A stretch of 64,000 bases of DNA from Corallochytrium limacisporum Hawaii (taxonomy: Eukaryota > Protista > Pluriformea). The position numbers and the translations under genes were made by a program. A model generated the notes under the pieces. That model did no database searches and had not been told where the DNA came from. It saw only the letters and a list, made by a program, of their open reading frames with translations. This document shows positions 1-12,442 of the stretch, piece after piece (within the stretch, counting starts at the first letter, position 1; each line of letters starts with the position of its first letter). The stretch lies in contig PDIP01000258.1 of the NCBI GenBank assembly GCA_002811645.1, positions 12,419 through 76,418 on the forward strand, given 5' to 3'.

Positions 1-342
1 ATGAGAGCACGGACCAGGACTGCCGCCCCACGCAGTGCCAAGCGGAGGCACACCGCCCATCTGCGTGTGGCAAAAGGCGGGTTAGATCGGGTGGGACTGC
101 ACAAGTACACCTGTTCTTAGCAGAATGTCGCACTGATTGTCTTGGTTCTTTGACCATAAAAAGCGCTCTATGGGCGCAAAGCTTTGGGTCTACTGCCAGA
201 AAACTTGCTCAAGGATTTGGTTGGTCATCGGGCGACCGCTGAGGTACATGAGAATAAATATCCTTCTGTATGTGTTGTAAGATCGACCGGATCTGTACAA
301 TGAAAATTACTACATAGTATATACCTTGCCAAAGTACTCATC

Positions 343-1848
343 ATGAGTGGCTCGGAGTATATTGAAAAGGTGGGAGACTGCACCTGGCGGATCAAGAAGG
401 GATTCGTACCGAACATGCGGGTAGAAGGTCGCTTCTATGTCGATGAGGAGCTCGAGAAGCTGGTCTTTGGTGAGCTCACTGCCAGTCGCATGGGACAGAA
501 GGTCGGTGGATTCATCCCTGCCGTCCAACAGATTGCCAACGTCGCAGCCCTGCCCGGAATCGTGGGACATTCCGTGGGACTGCCGGATGTGCATTCGGGA
601 TACGGATTTGCGATTGGCAACACAGCCGCGTTCGACATGGCAGATCCGGAAGCGGTAGTCAGTCCTGGAGGCGTAGGCTTTGATATAAATTGTGGTGTGC
701 GCCTGTTGCGTACCAATCTATTCGAGAAGGATGTCCGGCCAGTTCAGGATAAGCTTGCACAGGAATTATTCAATCAGATTCCGGTCGGTGTGGGATCCCG
801 TGGCGTGATCCCTATGAAAGCAAAGGACCTGGACGATGCGCTTGAGATGGGAATGGACTGGAGTCTGCGCCAGGGTTACGCGTGGGCTGAGGACAAGGAG
901 CATTGTGAAGAATACGGACGGATGCTGCAAGCCGACCCAGACAAGGTCAGCGCCCGTGCAAAGAAGCGTGGTGTACCACAGTTGGGCACCCTGGGCGCCG
1001 GCAACCACTACGCAGAGGTGCAGATTGTGGACAAGATCTACAACAAGAGCCATGCCAGTGCTATGGGATTGGAAGAAGAAGGTCAGGTGGTGGTCATGAT
1101 TCACTCTGGATCCCGCGGATTGGGTCATCAAGTTGCCACAGACGCTTTGCAGACCATGGAGTCAGTCATGAAGCGCGACAACATCCAGGTCAACGACCGA
1201 CAACTTGCCTGTGCGCGCATCCACAGCCAGGAAGGTCAGGACTACCTCGCTGGTATGGCCGCTGCCGCCAACTTTGCTTGGGTAAACCGCAGCACCATGA
1301 CATTTCTGGCCCGCCGTGCCTTCACCAAAGCCTTCGGTGCAGACAGTGCGGATGACCTGGACATGCAAGTAATTTACGACGTCAGTCACAACATTGCAAA
1401 GATTGAGGAGCACATGGTGGACGGCAAGCCCAAGACGCTCCTGGTCCATCGGAAGGGTTCGACGCGTGCCTTCCCACCTCATCATCCACTAATTCCTGTA
1501 GATTACCAACTCTCCGGCCAGCCTGTGCTGGTCGGCGGCACCATGGGTACTGCATCGTACGTCCTTATGGGCACGGACAAGGGCATGCTAAACTCCTTCG
1601 GCAGCACCTGCCACGGTGCTGGACGCGCTCAATCGCGTGCCAAGACGCGAAAGAATCTAGGTTATGAGGATGTCTTGAACGCCCTCAAACAGAAGAATAT
1701 TTCAATCCGCGTTGCCAGTCCTAAGCTGGTTATGGAAGAGGCACCCGAGGCATACAAGGATGTTGATAGTGTGGTGGAGACGTGCCATCGCACAGGCATT
1801 AGTTCGAAGGCAGTCCGTTTACGCCCAGTGGCTGTGATAAAGGGATAA
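343..1848 (+). CDS. RTCB: RNA-splicing ligase RtcB (tRNA ligase catalytic subunit), 501 aa
   Basis: Metazoan-type N-terminus [11 protein letters not shown]; [55 protein letters not shown] (guanylylated His), EEAPEAYK; ends PVAVIKG. Confidence 0.97.
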   Translation: MSGSEYIEKVGDCTWRIKKGFVPNMRVEGRFYVDEELEKLVFGELTASRMGQKVGGFIPAVQQIANVAALPGIVGHSVGLPDVHSGYGFAIGNTAAFDMADPEAVVSPGGVGFDINCGVRLLRTNLFEKDVRPVQDKLAQELFNQIPVGVGSRGVIPMKAKDLDDALEMGMDWSLRQGYAWAEDKEHCEEYGRMLQADPDKVSARAKKRGVPQLGTLGAGNHYAEVQIVDKIYNKSHASAMGLEEEGQVVVMIHSGSRGLGHQVATDALQTMESVMKRDNIQVNDRQLACARIHSQEGQDYLAGMAAAANFAWVNRSTMTFLARRAFTKAFGADSADDLDMQVIYDVSHNIAKIEEHMVDGKPKTLLVHRKGSTRAFPPHHPLIPVDYQLSGQPVLVGGTMGTASYVLMGTDKGMLNSFGSTCHGAGRAQSRAKTRKNLGYEDVLNALKQKNISIRVASPKLVMEEAPEAYKDVDSVVETCHRTGISSKAVRLRPVAVIKG

Positions 1849-2044
1849 TTCGCGCTCACTCTGTATCAGTAGTTAAGTTGTAGAGCTGACCATAGATTCT
1901 TCGTTATGGATTGTTTATATGCCAGGTAAATGATCCTGGTTGAATGTATTTGACAATAGTATTAGCATTTCATTCCATGATGAGTATATGTGTGTGCCAT
2001 GCGTTGAAACTTTTTTAGTTCATAGGATCTTGATTTTCCTTTCC

Positions 2045-2695
2045 TTAACGGTCACCTGAATCTCCCCCATGGTCGTCACCGTCCCCTCCGTTAGGATCCG
2101 GTCGAATGCCATTGCCGCTGTCCCGACCAATGCCGTAGGCGTACTTCAAGTATTCTGCATCCTCAGACGCTGCCGGTATGGCAGCCCAGAGCAAGGGCTT
2201 CTGTGATGCATCGTCCACATAGCGATCAACGGCGTAAATGTAGTCAGCATGGAACATCCAGAAATGGCCATTGTTGCAGCTCTCTAGGCACTTGCCGCAC
2301 GGCCGGGTGACATGATACCCGACAGCATTACCACAACACAGGCAAGCGACATCGCGGATTTTGCACATACAATTGTTGGTCATGTAATCACTGTCCACCA
2401 GAGAGACCGTCTGTACTGGTGGGAGATCCGTGGAGTACAGCTCGACGTGTGTATCTGCCAAAAGAACAGCCCGCATTCCACGGCAGCACACGACATGATC
2501 GCAGTACCGACAGTAGAGCCGTGCCACGACCTTTTGGCTAAACTCACGACTAGCTGTCTGTTGAGGGCTCATGTCTTCTTCGTCGTCTGTAAAGTCAGAA
2601 TCCTCACCGTTGGCCCAGTCCTCGTCCGAATCCGGTGCTGAAGACTCCCTCGAAACCTGGCGGCTTGTTCGCCGCTGTGGTCCACGGGGTGCCAT
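2045..2695 (-). CDS. FAM72: FAM72 family protein (Cys-rich, Yippee-like), 216 aa
   Basis: LYCRYCDHVVCCRGMRAVLLADTHVELYSTDLPP, CMCKIRDVACLCCGNAVGYHV, PCGKCLESCNNGHFWMFH match the FAM72 pattern; acidic N-terminal extension. Confidence 0.9.
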   Translation of the reverse strand: MAPRGPQRRTSRQVSRESSAPDSDEDWANGEDSDFTDDEEDMSPQQTASREFSQKVVARLYCRYCDHVVCCRGMRAVLLADTHVELYSTDLPPVQTVSLVDSDYMTNNCMCKIRDVACLCCGNAVGYHVTRPCGKCLESCNNGHFWMFHADYIYAVDRYVDDASQKPLLWAAIPAASEDAEYLKYAYGIGRDSGNGIRPDPNGGDGDDHGGDSGDR

Positions 2696-5234
2696 TTTGG
2701 GGGTTTCAAGTGTTGCACCTGACTGTACTTTGTTGCCTTAACTCGCTTATTTATCGTTACCGGCCCAGTTCTGTCCAGCGACAAATGAAACTTCAAATTG
2801 AATCACGACTCCATGGTTCTCGTTGTTGCACTCACTGTTCGCCTTTTCCTCTATCCGCTTCATTTCACTGTACTTGTAGAACGTCTGACCTACTGCAACG
2901 GTAAGCCTGACATGAAAGATCCTTAAATAACAGGGAAAGAGTGGCCATTTTCACGTCCACTTAATAATTAAAGCCACTACGAGTGTGTACTGCCCTGCCT
3001 GCCAGTGCGGACTCCTCTCTGACCTCCTCGCAAGCGTTTGTTGTCAGCCCCCCCCCATCTGTCCGCTGCAGAATTTTGTTCTCGACTTCAAAGGGCCCCG
3101 ATTCCATCAGAAGTTTTTCTTTCCTCTTCTGCGTGTCTCCCCTGCCTGGTGAGTGCGGTAAGCGTGTGTGTGTGTGTGGGGGGGGGGGGGGCGGTTTGCA
3201 ATCCAAAAGAACGGGTGTGTCTTTGGTGCAGGTGTGTTTGGGGAGTGTGAACGCTGGTACCTCGTAGGGACCGAAAGCCTTTGGCTGGTCGAGAGTGCGG
3301 AAGAGACAAAGCCGACCCCGACATCATCCAGAAACACACACACACACGTAGATCATCTTATGTATGGACATGTAGTTGATACTTTCCCAAGCCCGTATAT
3401 CCGCCCGGGTTCTCAAATCATCATCATGCATGTTACACAGAGCCACAGGAAACTTTTCGGGCGATGTTAGCGATGCCGTGTGATGTGTGATGGAGCAATC
3501 GGACCCTAAATGTGGAGGCCAAGCGGGTCACGGGGGAGGCTTCCGTACCTTATAGGCCCAGAACCCAAGCAAGAATTGGCCAACTGGCAGAGAGCGTAGG
3601 GTGCCTAATGGGTGGAGAATTTTGATTTTGTGGCGGACCTGGTCCTCCGCCCCGAGGTGGACGGGTTGGTTGGGAAAGAAACACGAAGATTTACCCGCTA
3701 ACCTTGCCGTACCTGCAGTATGGCGCAGTTGACGCCCCGGGGGGGGGGCTCACGATCGTGGTGCGTGAAGGGTATTACGGAGCCCACCGGGAAAGGAAAA
3801 AGTTGATGAGTGCCCGAGAATTCCGCTCGGTACTTAATGTACTGGCAAACCAAGGAGGTGATAAGAGCAAGGAAGCCAGGAGCCTGAAACCCTCACCGTT
3901 GGTGGCAGCAGGACGAGGAAAAGTCTTTGGCACCGACCGAGGTAGTAGAAGAAGACGATGGGAACCGTAAGGGAGGGGGGAGGGGGTTCGTTCTTTCTGC
4001 TGGTCCACCTCCCCCACTGAAATAAAAAAATGTTGAAACGTTTAGGGGCCGGGGAAAACCAGGTGGCCCGTTTCGACGTCCCTTGTGTTGCGGTGGTAGT
4101 GGGCCACTAGGTCAGGGTCAGTACGGCAACTCGCCCACCTTGCCCCTGCAAACCCCATTTTTTTAAAAAAAAGGAAAAGAAAATCTTTCCCGTTTCTTCT
4201 CCGTTTCCCCGAGCAAAATTCAAAGAAACGAGCAGCCCACATCCCCGGGGCCCGGGGTAAAAAAAGGACTGGATTAAATAGATCCCCAATTATAGATTCG
4301 AGTATTGGAAATATTTCTCGACCGATAATGTTCGGGCCGGTGACCCCACCCAGCCCTTCGGTTCCCAGGTTCTGCGGTCTGCCTACACCCCCCCCCCACC
4401 CTGCCATTTTCATATTTTTATTTTGTGCGACGGTGTTGTTATATTCGACTCCCAATGCCAGTTCTACGTCTATGGATTACTTTTTTTTCTCTGGTTTTTA
4501 TTTTAATCCATTATTTATTTTTGGTTCGAAAAGTGAAACCGCCGCTCTCCCAGTTCATTCTCACACTCGTCCTCAGCCACCAGGAAATACCCTTAGGAAA
4601 TCCAACGCCGCGCGAGATGCGGCAAGAAAAGCGTTCCCCCCCCCTCCCGGGGAAGGGGGGAGGGGGGCTGGTTCCGGTCCATTCGTTCGCTCTTGGCCGT
4701 TTCATCCATAGTGCCAGGCCAGTTTGACCAGAAAACCTGGGTCATGAAGATATATACGATGCTGTTCCACGATCAGTATCGTGCGCACTGAAGCTTTCAT
4801 ACTGAATGTACTATGATGTCTTGGCCGTTTATGAATTTTCCGCATTCTTCTGCAGAACAAAAAACTGTGCCCAACATTAATTGGTCACAGACATCATGAA
4901 TGTTCGCTACTTAGTAATTCGGTGCCCACTATGTACCACTTACGACCTCAGCGGGCGCCGAACAGGGCAATGGTAGATGTGTGCTCGAATGCCAATGGTA
5001 GGTGATTTCCTTAGAATACCGGAATGCGGCATCACCAATAAAACAGGGTGTTTAACCCACACAGAAAAAATCGGTACCCGGGTATTTTTGGCAGACCCTC
5101 TTCGGGCTCTGGGCCTGTCCCTGACCACCACTACCTGCCCATTCGTCCCTTTTTCTTTTTGTATTTGGGCTCTTTCCCTGATTCCCCTACCCCCCCCCCC
5201 CGGGGAGGCCTCCCTTGTTCCACGCCTGCACCGC

Positions 5235-5311
5235 NNNNNNNNNNNNNNNNNNNNNNNNNNNNNNNNNNNNNNNNNNNNNNNNNNNNNNNNNNNNNNNNNN
5301 NNNNNNNNNNN
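5235..5311. other. Assembly gap (N run) flanked by a duplicated ~70-bp sequence
   Basis: N run; 5164-5234 is nearly identical to the sequence starting at 5312. Confidence 0.95.
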
Positions 5312-8300
5312 TTTGGGCTCTTTCCCTGATTCCCCTCCCCCCCCCCCCCGGGGGGGGCCTCCCTTGTTCCACGCCTGCACCGCCCCTCCACTCCCTTGCA
5401 ACACACAGCAGCGAGATCCAAGCACGGGTTTGGTGGTTCGCGGCACGAGCCAATTGAAATAGGAACACATGAACGAATGGACCAGTAGTATTGATAGCGA
5501 GAGTTGGCAGGCAGCAGCTCAGCCACACGGACACAGTTCGCCGTAGTATACACTCATATACACACGCGACAAAGAATGTGATGAAATGGGTGGGCTGCGG
5601 CCAGGGCCAGCAAAATTTGCAATGTGGATCCCAGACCAAGAAAATGATCGGCCGAGTGCACGCAAAGAATTTCTATATCCTCGCAGCTCATTGGACCCCC
5701 TCCAGCGCGGGTCTGGGCCGTTTTGGAAACTAACGGCGAGCTCAAATCATCCCCCCCCCCCTGCCGGCGGGGTCCCCGGTTTTTTGGTCCCCACCCCACC
5801 CCTTCTTCACCCCCCCAGTCAAAATCAACTACAAATACGGAAAAGATGGAACATCGCGCGAGCCCCAAGTGCAAAAGCAAGAAAAAAGTGAAAGGACAAA
5901 ATAGACGGGAACAAACAGTATGCAGCGAACGAAGTGGGATACTTAGGATGCCAACTGCGGAAGCAAGCGCGGTGGTAGGTCCCTGCGTGCCCAGGAACTT
6001 CCTTCTCCCACCTGCCATGGGTGTGGATGCAGCAACTACTACTGATGCTCCGGTGATTGTAGGGCCTTGGAAATGGGTTTCAAACGAACTACAAAACAAA
6101 AGCACCGGAAAGAAAAAGAAGGGGGGGGGAGGAGAAGACTGCAGTGACACACCACCAAACAACATAAAAACTCACACACGGACCATAGAGCACACGGTTT
6201 TGTAATATTCTGGGTACAAATCAACATGAGAAAACAATGGTTGGGGCTACCACCCGAATTTCCCAAAGCGCAACCGTAAAATAACGACGACAGGATGATC
6301 GCGTGGGGAAAAGGAGGAGCGTTAAAAACCATCTTGTACAACAACCATCAGTACATTACTTATACCCAAGGGCCAGCCGTTGGAACAATAAGACGCAAAA
6401 AGTAAATGGGCGGGGTGAGAAAGATGTGAACAAGATGAGCGGGAAGGCGAATGAACGGCGGGACTGGCTTGGTACATTTTTTCCTAACGAAATACAGAAA
6501 AAATGGGGAAAAAGGGGGAAAAAGCCAAAGGAGGTAGGGGCGGTAGCACGATCGAAAGTGAACTTTATCTGGCCGGACCTCTACATGTTTTACCTGTATT
6601 ACTCTATTTCGCCTTCTGACGTGTTTCCTATGTCTGTCATACTTTTTTGTGACTGCGTGGTGGTGCTGGGAAGTGTTTCCGATCGTTTTCCCGCTCTCTG
6701 CTCCTTTCAACCCAGCACTCCCCTCTCTCCCCCCCGGGGGGGGGGGGGGAGGTGATGCCGGCTCCCGCTCTGATCATCACATGCACCTCAACTTTGTGTG
6801 TTGTCGATGTGGTTGCGTTATTTGCATAACATATTTCAACTACTCACGCGTGACTCCGAGGTTTACCATGGCAGCCTTGAAAAAGGGGACCAGATAGCCT
6901 CGGGTTCGCTCTTCCGTCCGTTCGTGAATATCTGGAAAGGGCGCCGTGGACACAATGGCAGATAAGCGTAGCAAGAGCGAAACAAGGAAGAGTGATGGTA
7001 GTGTACCCAAACAAGAATTTTCTTGTTCCCAATAATGAAGTGGGACATATCTTTTATTTTCATTTTTTATGCTGTGTATATTCTCTTAGCCTGAGGGGCT
7101 TCTTCATCGTCGCGAATTCCCTCCCCCCCCCTTTTTTCGTCTTCCCCTCCAATTTCTTCGACTTCGGTTAGGCGTGTGTGTTATTCTTTTCGATTACGTC
7201 CATGTCATGTGTAATCTACTACCATGGTCCAAGGTTTAGTTTGAGGAATCTCAGCCTGATTGTACCGAACGCCGGTGCGCCAGCCGACACGGTCGTCTGT
7301 TCACCACCAAGATCACCAGGTGACACAGTTACGTGACGTCCCAGTGATGAAATTTCTAAACTTTTACTTGCCTTTTTTTCCCTTCGATCATTTGTACGAT
7401 CTGCGGCGTCCTTGGTACAAAATGTACGGAACACCGTTGCCTCCCCGCTACGCTGTCCCCTGTTTCCTCCGGCCCTGGGGCCCCGCGGTGGGGGGGGTTG
7501 TCTCTCCCGCCTCTCCCGACGTCTCGCGCATTGCCACCCCTCTGTTCTATTGATCAATGACGGAATATCTATACAAAATGTACCGGTCTCAGGACGCGGC
7601 GGCAACCCTCCCCCCCCGGCCCTTTGCGCGTTGTCCCTTCCGTTACTTTTCTCTCCCGCCCACAAGCTGTTTTTCCATTGAGCCCTTTCGCTCTGCCGCC
7701 AGTTTCTCTGGTACTTCCGCCACCGGCGCTCCGCAGGGCTTCCTCCCCTCTCCAGTCTTTTCTCGGCCGTGGCTTTCGTTCTTTGCCACTTTCTTGCGGT
7801 TCCCTGATCCCTCTGCAGTTTGCAAAGGTAAACACAGGCTCACACTCCACGCACAAAATTTTCAGCCACCAGTCTCCACTCGCCCGAAACAGACGGGAGA
7901 CCCGGAGGCAGCCAGCCAGCCAGCCATATCGCCCACCCACGCACGCAGCGCCGCCGATCCGTTAATCTCTGCGCCTGCCACCCCTTTAAGTTTTGAATCG
8001 CGGCCAGATTGGCTGGGTTTCCCCGTACACCCAGTATGGATCTCGACACCAACGGTTTCGAATTGCGCGAAACACAAAACAATAAGGAAGGGGGGGCGGA
8101 GAAAGTGGAGGGAGTGAGGGGAGAAAAGGGGAACGAAGCGGCCGCCGAGCCCGGCTTGGTAGGGGAGGGCGGCGCCTCCAACCTCTATGAAGGTGTGGAT
8201 GGGACCAAGAGATCGGGTCCAAAGCTCGGGTGGCTGCTGCTTGGCTTTGGGTCGCGGACGGACGGCGCACCACCAACTTCTGTTTTTTTTTTCTATTTTT

Positions 8301-9022
8301 TCGGCGTTCGGTCACTATGAACCCGAACGTGCGGTCGAATGATGGATGGCTGACCCCCACCCGTGTGTGTGTGTGGCGAGGAGGCGAGAAAGAGGAGGTG
8401 GGGGTGGTGGCTGGACTTGTAGCTGTTGCTGTGCCATCTCGCAGATAACCGGGGCTCAAAGTTCGTAGAGTTTGCTACGGCAAGAAGGAAGACCTCTGAA
8501 GATGAAATGCCCCCGGCCGTCTCCTGTTTGTGCGCTCATCCCATTCAATTTTATTTTGATGGAGAATGGAGCAAATGGTTGGCGATTGACAGGCAAAAGT
8601 AGACACTATCAATAAAATGATGGTTTTGGTAGCTTCGAGTATTACCCGGCCAATACAGAATCACTCGCGAGTCTATTTCAGGATAGACAGTTACACTGAT
8701 CGTGTCACTTAAAGTTGACCAAATTCCCTATATGTTCAATTTCAATTTGGTACCTTAGAAATTTCCGGGTTGCAGAGACACTGACCGGGAGTCGCCTTTT
8801 ATTAGTTTCGAATTACATCATACGAGACACAAGAACCGAATCGGTGTGACGCCTTGATACAGCTGTGTTCCAAACGAAGAAGAGGACTCAAAGAATTTCA
8901 TTGCTCTAGATCGGATCTTACAGAATCTTCCAGAGAGACATGGTATAGATTGTAAAGTAGGTTTCAAAAAATCTTACAAAAAAACCTTAAAAATTTAAAT
9001 AAGAGTGTAGCGGTCCAGAACA

Positions 9023-11419
9023 ATGTCGCAAACACAGGAAAGAAACTCCACGTTTGCGCGTTCTGAGGCGATCGCTACGGCTGCAGCGTATCGGGTGGTT
9101 GATGAGGAGGAGCACGAGGAGGGAAGCTTCTACATGCCCCAATTCAGCAGCAACCTAACGGGATCTGGTGAGCAAAACAACAGCACAGTGGAAGGTAATT
9201 GGAATCCGTTCCCTAGGTTTGCAGGAACGCTGTCGTTGAACGAGGGCGGAAAGTTGCCGAACAATATTCCACCTGCTGCTGCATATGAGCAGCAGCGCCC
9301 GCAGACCTACCGCGAAGGAGGCCAGTGGCCCCAAGCCTACAGTCAGCAGGCTGCTCCGGTAGGTAAATTGAGTGGAAGCCTCAGAAACCTCAACGACTCT
9401 TCTGCTCCTCAAAGTCCCGGTGGTGCATCCTTCCATCAAGACCTGCATCACAAGATGGGAAATCTGCAGAATTACGATGATATTGCGGTGCGTATCCGGT
9501 CTAGTTCAGACTTCCAGGTCCAGCACCAGAGACCATTGACCGAGCGAGGACAACGCCGTTCCACCTCGTTCGGCATGGATGGGGCCCCTCCTCTGATGAA
9601 CACTAGCAATGCTTCCATGATGAGCCAAAGCACTATGTCCATGAACGATAGCGCGTCCATGATGGGAAGCATGTCTTCGTCAAAACTTTCCATGAATGCA
9701 CCTGGCCAAGGCAGACGCCGTCAGTGGAGTGTTGGTGAAGAGGCGCTTACAGAGTACCGTGGTCCTCCACAGCCGCATCACGCTACTCCGTACGACATGA
9801 CTCCATCCGAACCGTTACCCTTGGGCACCATGCGAGCCCATGCGGCAAGTGTCGATGAGTCGAGCCAAAGCTCACTCCTTTATGGATCGGAGCCCAGCAG
9901 CGCTGGTTCAACCTCCATGCACCAGAGCATGCCCAACATGGCTCCAATGGGGGTCTCCCTGCCGTCCCGTGTCGTACCCGGTGCAGGCATGCAGACATCG
10001 GCCCCTGGAAGCATGCCGAAGAACAAGGTGCAGTTGTGCCGTTTCTATCAACAGGGCCACTGCAAACACGGTGACCGCTGCCAGTACTTGCACGAAGTGC
10101 CCGGCATCATGCCCACCATGCATGGACAGATGCCCATGATGGCCATGCCCACCGGAGGCGTCTACGCCATGGCATCTCAGTCGAGTATGGCCACCAAGAG
10201 TACCTCGTCGATGTCCGTGGCCAGCACTCTTCCGTCTGCGAGCATGGGCACTCTTCCGTCTGCGAGCATGGGCAGTCTTCCGTCCGCCAGTATGGGCAGC
10301 CTTCCGTCCGCCAGTATGGGCAGTCTGGCAGGCTCTACTCCGGACTTTGTCGGCGTTAACCTGTATGACATGAAGGGTAATATATATGCCGCTGCCCAAG
10401 ATCAGCAGGGCTGCCGCTTCTTGCAAAGGAAGCTAGATGAAGGTGACCCAGAGAACTTCCGTCTGATCTACGCAGAGGTCAAGGACCACCTGCCCCAGCT
10501 TATGGTGGATCCATTCGGCAACTATCTGTGCCAGCGCCTGCTGGACCATTCCAACACCAAGGAGCGTGCTGAGATTGTGCACGCCATCCGCCACGAAATT
10601 GTGCCGATGAGCCTCAACATGCACGGCACGCGTGCCCTGCAGAAATTGATCGAGCAAATCGATCTCTGCGATACTGAGAGTCGTAAGGTGCTCATCGATG
10701 AGCTCAAGACTGATGTTGTCAAGCTGGTGATCAATCCCAGCGGCAACCATGTCATCCAGCGCTGCCTCCAGGCGCTGACTCCAGAAGAGGCACAGTTCAT
10801 CTTCGACGCTGTGGCTAACAAATGCCGTGAAGTGGCCACCCACCGCCATGGATGCTGCGTTTTGCAGCGTTGCATCGATCGTGCGAGCCCCGCTCAGCGC
10901 CAGGCTATGATTGATGTGATCAGTGACAATGCACTGCCTTTGATCCAAGATGCATATGGCAACTACGTCTTGCAGTATGTACTCAATTTGAACGAACCCC
11001 GGCACACTCGTGCCGTAATTCAGCGCCTCCTTGGATCCATTTGTCTGCTAAGTATTCAAAAGTACAGCAGCAATGCTGTTGAGAAATGTTTCGAGGTTGC
11101 GTCCAAGGACCAGAGGACCGCCATGATCAATGAATTGATTGACCCTCAGTGGTTGCGGCGTCTTGTGACAGATCCTTTCGCGAATTATGTGATCCAAAAG
11201 GCTTTGAAGCACTGCCAGCCTCATGAGCGGGAGACACTGGTCAATGCCATTCGCCGCCATGAGGATGTGCTTTGCGCAACCCCATATGGCCGCAAGCTAC
11301 AGCTCAAGATCAACAAGGAGTACGCTCCTCCGTCTGCCGCCGGCACAGTGCAGCAGTCCGCTCACTCGAACACGGGTAGTGGACAAAACCATCCCAACTT
11401 GCAGGCCCAGGAATCCTAG
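9023..11419 (+). CDS. Pumilio/PUF RNA-binding protein, Puf4-type, with one CCCH zinc finger, 798 aa
   Basis: Eight PUF repeats with recognition triplets CRQ, NYQ, TRQ, NHQ, CCQ, NYQ, SNE, NYQ; CCCH finger LCRFYQQGHCKHGDRCQYLH; long low-complexity N-terminus. Confidence 0.93.
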   Translation: MSQTQERNSTFARSEAIATAAAYRVVDEEEHEEGSFYMPQFSSNLTGSGEQNNSTVEGNWNPFPRFAGTLSLNEGGKLPNNIPPAAAYEQQRPQTYREGGQWPQAYSQQAAPVGKLSGSLRNLNDSSAPQSPGGASFHQDLHHKMGNLQNYDDIAVRIRSSSDFQVQHQRPLTERGQRRSTSFGMDGAPPLMNTSNASMMSQSTMSMNDSASMMGSMSSSKLSMNAPGQGRRRQWSVGEEALTEYRGPPQPHHATPYDMTPSEPLPLGTMRAHAASVDESSQSSLLYGSEPSSAGSTSMHQSMPNMAPMGVSLPSRVVPGAGMQTSAPGSMPKNKVQLCRFYQQGHCKHGDRCQYLHEVPGIMPTMHGQMPMMAMPTGGVYAMASQSSMATKSTSSMSVASTLPSASMGTLPSASMGSLPSASMGSLPSASMGSLAGSTPDFVGVNLYDMKGNIYAAAQDQQGCRFLQRKLDEGDPENFRLIYAEVKDHLPQLMVDPFGNYLCQRLLDHSNTKERAEIVHAIRHEIVPMSLNMHGTRALQKLIEQIDLCDTESRKVLIDELKTDVVKLVINPSGNHVIQRCLQALTPEEAQFIFDAVANKCREVATHRHGCCVLQRCIDRASPAQRQAMIDVISDNALPLIQDAYGNYVLQYVLNLNEPRHTRAVIQRLLGSICLLSIQKYSSNAVEKCFEVASKDQRTAMINELIDPQWLRRLVTDPFANYVIQKALKHCQPHERETLVNAIRRHEDVLCATPYGRKLQLKINKEYAPPSAAGTVQQSAHSNTGSGQNHPNLQAQES
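10226..10327 (+). repeat. In-frame 24-bp tandem repeat x4 encoding (T/S)LPSASMG
   Basis: actcttccgtctgcgagcatgggc-like units repeated four times inside the PUF CDS. Confidence 0.9.
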
Positions 11420-11953
11420 AGTTTCTTGTATCCCCATTGCATCACACTCACTCACACACCCACACACACAAGAACGCGGGGGACCTGCATGATAATGGCA
11501 TGTCTGTCAGTGCAAACTGCCTTTGCCTGGCCGTAGTCGTCGCTCCTAATCTAGCTTTGACCCGTTGTCAACTGCGGAGGTGACGCTTTAAGTTCACGCA
11601 AATTCTTCGTCTTTGCTCGTTTTGTTCTCCCTTAATTTTGTATCATTCCCTCTTCCCATGTATCCTTTGCAAGCCGTTGCAGAGCACTAGTAGTAATATC
11701 TGTAATCCGTGTGAGGCCCTCAAATATCGTAACGGAATTCGAAATTCACCGTCATAGTCTATCCGATATCCTTGATCAGTTGGTGTCAACGGGTTGTCCT
11801 AGAACGATATGGGGCGTTGTATCCTATCTTGCACCATGTAATTTTGTTCAAAATTCAAGTATTCTAATTTTGTAATACAATCTTTTTACAATAACATCCT
11901 TCATCCTGGCATGATCACCACGCCATCATTCTTTACGCACGATATTCAAGAAA

Positions 11954-12442
11954 CTACCGAGTGTTCTTGACCTGCTCCATGAAGCCAGCCTCCTGCTTTT
12001 CTATCTTATTCTGCATCTGAGCGATGGAGACCACTTCACTAATCTTTGTCTCGAGCACTAACCCACCCATAATTACTTCGTTGAGAATATACATAACCTT
12101 GTCGACGTGGAAGATCAGATCAAGTTCACAGACGTTTTCAAAGGCACGGTCCAGAGCTTCCACGAACACCTGAATCAAATCCAGGATTCCCAACTCCGAC
12201 TCGGCTGAGTCTGCCACAAAAACAAAGTACAGAGTGGCGTAGTGTCGATAAATGATCAGTCCGTCTTCGACATCCAGCTCTCCTGCTGCCTCCAGGAAAT
12301 TACAGGCAGTGTCTGGCCGCTTGACTACCATTGAATAAGTGTCCGCAAGCATCTTCTGTTGTTTAGCCTCTGTTAATTTTGTATAAAATTTGGTCAGACG
12401 GGCTTTCCCCGAGTTGTTGAAGACCATGACGGCGTGAATCAT
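11954..12442 (-). CDS. AP3S: AP-3 adaptor complex sigma subunit
   Basis: MIHAVMVFNNSGKARLTKFY, IIYRHYATLYFVF, ESELGILDLIQVFVEALDRAFENVCELDLIFH; ATG at 12442 chosen by homology to the sigma-3 N-terminus. Confidence 0.93.
   Translation of the reverse strand: MIHAVMVFNNSGKARLTKFYTKLTEAKQQKMLADTYSMVVKRPDTACNFLEAAGELDVEDGLIIYRHYATLYFVFVADSAESELGILDLIQVFVEALDRAFENVCELDLIFHVDKVMYILNEVIMGGLVLETKISEVVSIAQMQNKIEKQEAGFMEQVKNTR

Noticed and set aside
5164-5385. ~70-bp direct repeat around the N gap (possible target-site duplication or LTR)
   Set aside because: Copies abut the gap and differ only in homopolymer length; typical unmerged contig overlap
2961-8459. Many 60-200 aa ORFs in the FAM72-PUF interval
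   Set aside because: Composition driven by G/C/A homopolymers, mostly non-ATG starts, no domain motifs
8788-8810. CGCCTTTTAT resembling U5 snRNA loop I
   Set aside because: Flanks do not form the closing stem; no supporting U5 structure seen
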